NCBI GenBank assembly: GCA_963666485.2
Contig: CAXXUO010000003.1
Location: forward strand, 96,001 to 160,000
Length of the DNA stretch: 64,000 nucleotides
From: Syntrophorhabdaceae bacterium
GTDB taxonomy: Bacteria; Desulfobacterota; Syntrophorhabdia; Syntrophorhabdales; Syntrophorhabdaceae
Reading direction: 5' to 3'
The position numbers and the translations under genes were made by a program. The notes under the pieces are model-generated. The model did not search any database, was not told the origin of the DNA, and was given only the letters and a program-made list of their open reading frames with translations. Positions 60,522 to 64,000 of the stretch are shown piece after piece (the first letter of the stretch is position 1; each line of letters begins with the position of its first letter).

Positions 60522-62415
60522 GACGGCCCTCCTCGTATTCCTTCAGCATTTTCCTCAGGTCTTCCCCGTCTATCGATTCTTTTTCAAGGAGAGTTTTGGC
60601 TACGAAAACGAGAAGATCGTTTTTGCTGCTCAGCGTATCTTTTACTTTGGTATACACGCGTTCGATAATTGACCGCACCTCGTTGTCTATCTCCCGCGCT
60701 GTGTCCTCGCTGTACTCCCGGGAGCCGTTTCCCGGCAGGTCGAGAAAGAGGGGTTTACGCTCGTGTTCGAATGTCATATGCCCGAGCTTTTCGCTCATGC
60801 CGTATTGCTTGACCATTGATTTCGCTATGTCTGTCGCCCGTGCGAGGTCATTCTGGGCGCCTGTGGATATCTCGTTAAAGATTATTTCTTCGGCGACCCT
60901 GCCCCCTAAAAGGACGCACATGCGGTCAATGAGCTCGGTACGGGTCATGAGGTACCTGTCTTCGGTGGGAAGCTGCATCGTGTACCCGAGAGCGGAGATC
61001 CCGCGCGGGATTATCGATATCTTGTGGACCGGATCGGCCGTTTCAAGGGATTCGGCCATCAGGGCGTGGCCGGTCTCATGGTACGCCACGATCTCTTTTT
61101 CCTTCTTGCTCATCACTTTCTTCCTCTTTTCGAGGCCCGCCACGACGCGGTCGATCGCTTCCTCGAACTCCTCCATGGTAACGGAACTTTTGCCCTTCCG
61201 GGCGGCAAGCAGGGCCGCTTCGTTAATGAGGTTGGCAAGGTCGGCCCCTACAAAACCGGGGGTCCGGGCGGCAATGACGGAAAGGTCGATGTGTTTCGCG
61301 AGTTTGACATTCCTGACATGAACTTTAAGGATCTCTTCACGCCCTTTAATATCGGGCCTGTCGACCAGGACGTGGCGGTCGAACCTGCCGGGCCGAAGGA
61401 GCGCCGGGTCCAGGATCTCGGGTCTGTTCGTGGCACCGACAATGATGACGCCGGTCTTCGTGTCAAACCCGTCCATCTCGGCAAGAAGCTGGTTCAGCGT
61501 CTGCTCACGTTCGTCGTGGGACGACAGGGGATTCATTCCGCGTGCCTTTCCCAGCGCATCGAGTTCATCTATGAAAATAATGCAGGGGGATTTCTGCTGG
61601 GCCTGTGAGAAAAGGTCCCGCACCCGTGATGCGCCTACCCCGACGAACATTTCGACAAAATCCGAACCGCTCATGCTGAAAAAAGGGACCTTCGCCTCAC
61701 CGGCCACTGCCTTGGCAAGGAGCGTTTTGCCCGTGCCGGGAGGGCCGACGAGAAGGATCCCTTTCGGTATCTTTCCCCCGAGGTCGAGGAACTTTTGGGG
61801 GAACCTGAGATATTCTATGATCTCCTGCAATTCTTCTTTCGCTTCGTCAACCCCTGCAACATCGTCGAAGGTTATCTTTATCTCATCTTCGCCGTAGATC
61901 TTTCCCCGGCTCTTGCCGAAATTGAGCACGCTTGACGGTGCGCCCCCCATCCTGCGCATCAGGAGGTTCCAGATCAGGATGATGATGGCAAAGGGAAGGA
62001 CCCACTCGATAATGATCCTGAGAAGCTTGTTCTCGAAGGACCCGGAAAATTTTATGTTGGCCTTCTGGAGGTCTTTCACGAGGTCGGGATCTTCGACGCG
62101 GCTGGTAACGAACTTGACCGGCTTGCCGTCCTCCTTCGCAAGGTTTCCCTGGATCTTTTCGTTGTCGATAAGCAGATCGGATATCTTGTTCTGGCCGATA
62201 AGGGTCTTGAACTCACTGTACGGTATGGTCTTGATCTCGGACCGGAAGGAGAGAAAACTATGGATGACGAAAATGCCGACTATCGCAATGATAAAATAGA
62301 GGAAGGTGAAGCTTTTCGTCTTCTTCTCTTTATCCTTGTTGCCATTCTTGATCTCAAGGATAATATCCTTGCGTTTTTTAACGTTTTTTTTTGGTTTTGA
62401 CGTATCTTTTGGCAT
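60505..62415 (-). CDS. ftsH: ATP-dependent zinc metalloprotease FtsH
   Basis: Two TM segments, [21 protein letters not shown] and HETGH. Confidence 0.96.
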   Translation of the reverse strand: MPKDTSKPKKNVKKRKDIILEIKNGNKDKEKKTKSFTFLYFIIAIVGIFVIHSFLSFRSEIKTIPYSEFKTLIGQNKISDLLIDNEKIQGNLAKEDGKPVKFVTSRVEDPDLVKDLQKANIKFSGSFENKLLRIIIEWVLPFAIIILIWNLLMRRMGGAPSSVLNFGKSRGKIYGEDEIKITFDDVAGVDEAKEELQEIIEYLRFPQKFLDLGGKIPKGILLVGPPGTGKTLLAKAVAGEAKVPFFSMSGSDFVEMFVGVGASRVRDLFSQAQQKSPCIIFIDELDALGKARGMNPLSSHDEREQTLNQLLAEMDGFDTKTGVIIVGATNRPEILDPALLRPGRFDRHVLVDRPDIKGREEILKVHVRNVKLAKHIDLSVIAARTPGFVGADLANLINEAALLAARKGKSSVTMEEFEEAIDRVVAGLEKRKKVMSKKEKEIVAYHETGHALMAESLETADPVHKISIIPRGISALGYTMQLPTEDRYLMTRTELIDRMCVLLGGRVAEEIIFNEISTGAQNDLARATDIAKSMVKQYGMSEKLGHMTFEHERKPLFLDLPGNGSREYSEDTAREIDNEVRSIIERVYTKVKDTLSSKNDLLVFVAKTLLEKESIDGEDLRKMLKEYEEGRHGNES

Positions 62416-62457
62416 AGTAAAGCATAACAGAAAACCATGGTCATTAAAAGCATGTTT

Positions 62458-62619
62458 CGTAAGGAGTAAGGAGTGAGGAGTAAGGAGAGACAGCCAAGTG
62501 GTACGGCGTATGGAGGCAACGCTATTCCGGCCCGATTCCCGGCGTGACCGCGCTGAATTCTGCCGTCTTTGGCTCTCCTTACTCCTTACTCCTTACTCCT
62601 CACTCCTTACTTTCTTACG
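62458..62619. repeat. Inverted heptamer arrays (GGAGTAA)n/(TTACTCC)n in a divergent intergenic region
   Basis: 62458-62489 versus 62573-62619; both arms carry the GAGTGAG variant unit. Confidence 0.9.
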
Positions 62620-62700
62620 GTTTACAAAACCGGAGACGGTGCTATAATTGCGTTGTAGACTCCGATAAAACAGGACGAGAACGAAGCCGGAGGGAAATGC

Positions 62701-64000
62701 ATGGCGAATGATGACCCGTCATTTGGGCAGTTGTCCGGCAGCCAGTTGTTCACGCTCGTCAGTCACGCAAGCCACGAAGGGATCCTGCTTCTCGACGACA
62801 AGGGGAAGATTGTCTATGCCAGTTCGGCCGCGTGCAAGATCACCGGCCGGAGTGAAAAGCAGGCGGTGGGAAGCCCGGTCCTCACGTTTTTAAAGCCTCT
62901 CAATTATGCCGATGAACAACGCCTCGACATGGCCATAACCGAGGCAATGCCGGTCGCCTCGGGGAAGGCCGTCCGGCCTGATAATGTTCTGGAACTGTCG
63001 ATCGCCGGCAAAAAAGGTAAAGAGATCAGTCTGGAATTATCGCTTGCGTCTGAAAAATTTCTGGACCGGTGGTATGTCATGCTTTTCTTCCAGGATGTGA
63101 CCGATAAGATAAAAGCCCGGGAAGCCCTGCAAAAATCTGAAAGAAAATACCGGAAGCTTTTTGAGGATACACGAGATGCGATCCTCATGACGACACCGGA
63201 CGGGAAGATCATCGATATAAACAGGGCGGGCGTCGAGATGTTCGGTTACAGGAACAAGGAAGAGATGATGAAGCTCGACGCGGCCCATGATCTCTACTGC
63301 AATCCGGAGGACCGGGCAAATTTCAGGGCAGGTGTGGAACGTTACGGCAGTGCAAGCATGCACGACCTTCTTTTGCGGCGCAGGGACGGCACAGTCATAA
63401 CGGTATCGGCAACCATCAATGCGGTTTATGATGAAGTGGGTGAGGTGGTCGTTTTTCATGGCATAATGCGCGACATCACCGGGATCAGGCGACTGGAACG
63501 CCAGGTCGAGTCCTTCCAGAAAATGGATGCCGTCCGGGGCCTGATAGGCGACATAGCCCATCATTTCAATAACATCCTCAACATCATTGTAGGAAATGCC
63601 CAGCTTGCGAAGATATCCCCCGAGTGCAGTGACCAGATAGCATCATACCTGTCCACCATAGAGGACGAGGCCTTCAGGGCCGCAGACATGGTTGACGGAT
63701 TGCTTGCATCGGGAAGCAGGCACCCGATGGACATGCGCACGGTGAACATCGTCGATATTGTCGCGGACCTTGAAAAACTTGTCCGGAATGTCATCGGGGA
63801 AGACATCGTCCTTCTGTCGGCCCTGCCTCCCGGTGAGATCCCGGTCAGGATCGATATCGCGAGGATAGGGCAGGCCGTGCTCAATATCATTGTCAATGCC
63901 CGCGAGGCCATGGGCGGGAAGGGCACTTTGACGGTCCGTGTCTACAGCGAGCAGATAACAGACCTGACGACCACTCTCGAAGGGCAGATAAACCCGGGCA
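62701..64000 (+). CDS. PAS-PAS histidine kinase, 3' end outside the window (absent from the ORF track)
   Basis: Manual translation open from ATG 62701: two PAS domains (QDVT, RDIT), FQKMDAV..IAHHFNNIL, N-box LNIIVNAREAM. Confidence 0.85.
   Translation, partial: MANDDPSFGQLSGSQLFTLVSHASHEGILLLDDKGKIVYASSAACKITGRSEKQAVGSPVLTFLKPLNYADEQRLDMAITEAMPVASGKAVRPDNVLELSIAGKKGKEISLELSLASEKFLDRWYVMLFFQDVTDKIKAREALQKSERKYRKLFEDTRDAILMTTPDGKIIDINRAGVEMFGYRNKEEMMKLDAAHDLYCNPEDRANFRAGVERYGSASMHDLLLRRRDGTVITVSATINAVYDEVGEVVVFHGIMRDITGIRRLERQVESFQKMDAVRGLIGDIAHHFNNILNIIVGNAQLAKISPECSDQIASYLSTIEDEAFRAADMVDGLLASGSRHPMDMRTVNIVDIVADLEKLVRNVIGEDIVLLSALPPGEIPVRIDIARIGQAVLNIIVNAREAMGGKGTLTVRVYSEQITDLTTTLEGQINPG

Overview
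Bacterial chromosomal window made almost entirely of core genes. Gene content and style suggest a deltaproteobacterial anaerobe, possibly Syntrophorhabdus-like (inference only). In order: alpha-2-macroglobulin (5'-truncated) and pbpC; a cold-shock gene; a minus-strand envelope operon (bamA-skp-lpxD-fabZ-lpxA-Gfo/Idh/MocA oxidoreductase-lpxB-msbA-DUF374 acyltransferase-waaA-mazG); nth, a Mut7-C protein, MTA/SAH deaminase, a nucleoside phosphorylase and ligA; a TonB-dependent receptor-YfiR-hybrid kinase module; secDF; Smr, TonB, trmI, LOG, DUF72 and a phosphomannomutase; a radical SAM gene, rng, ispE, spoVG, tRNA-Gln, prs, rplY, pth and ychF; an SPFH/zinc-ribbon pair; phoU-pstSCABB; a CBM48 protein, an aminotransferase, tilS, an FmdB zinc ribbon, a hypothetical gene and ftsH; and a 3'-truncated PAS kinase. 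No prophage, CRISPR or transposase was seen. Most notable: (1) intergenic cassettes of 7-bp tandem arrays in inverted pairs, seven different heptamer families, mostly abutting stop codons, some with dRS3/REP-like palindromic elements nested inside; (2) the DUF374 gene is split at an A9 run, and a -1 shift restores its conserved C-terminus and the overlap with waaA (candidate programmed recoding); (3) two PstB paralogs with complementary degenerate motifs, predicting an asymmetric ATPase heterodimer, with the second gene also carrying a 1-nt frameshift.
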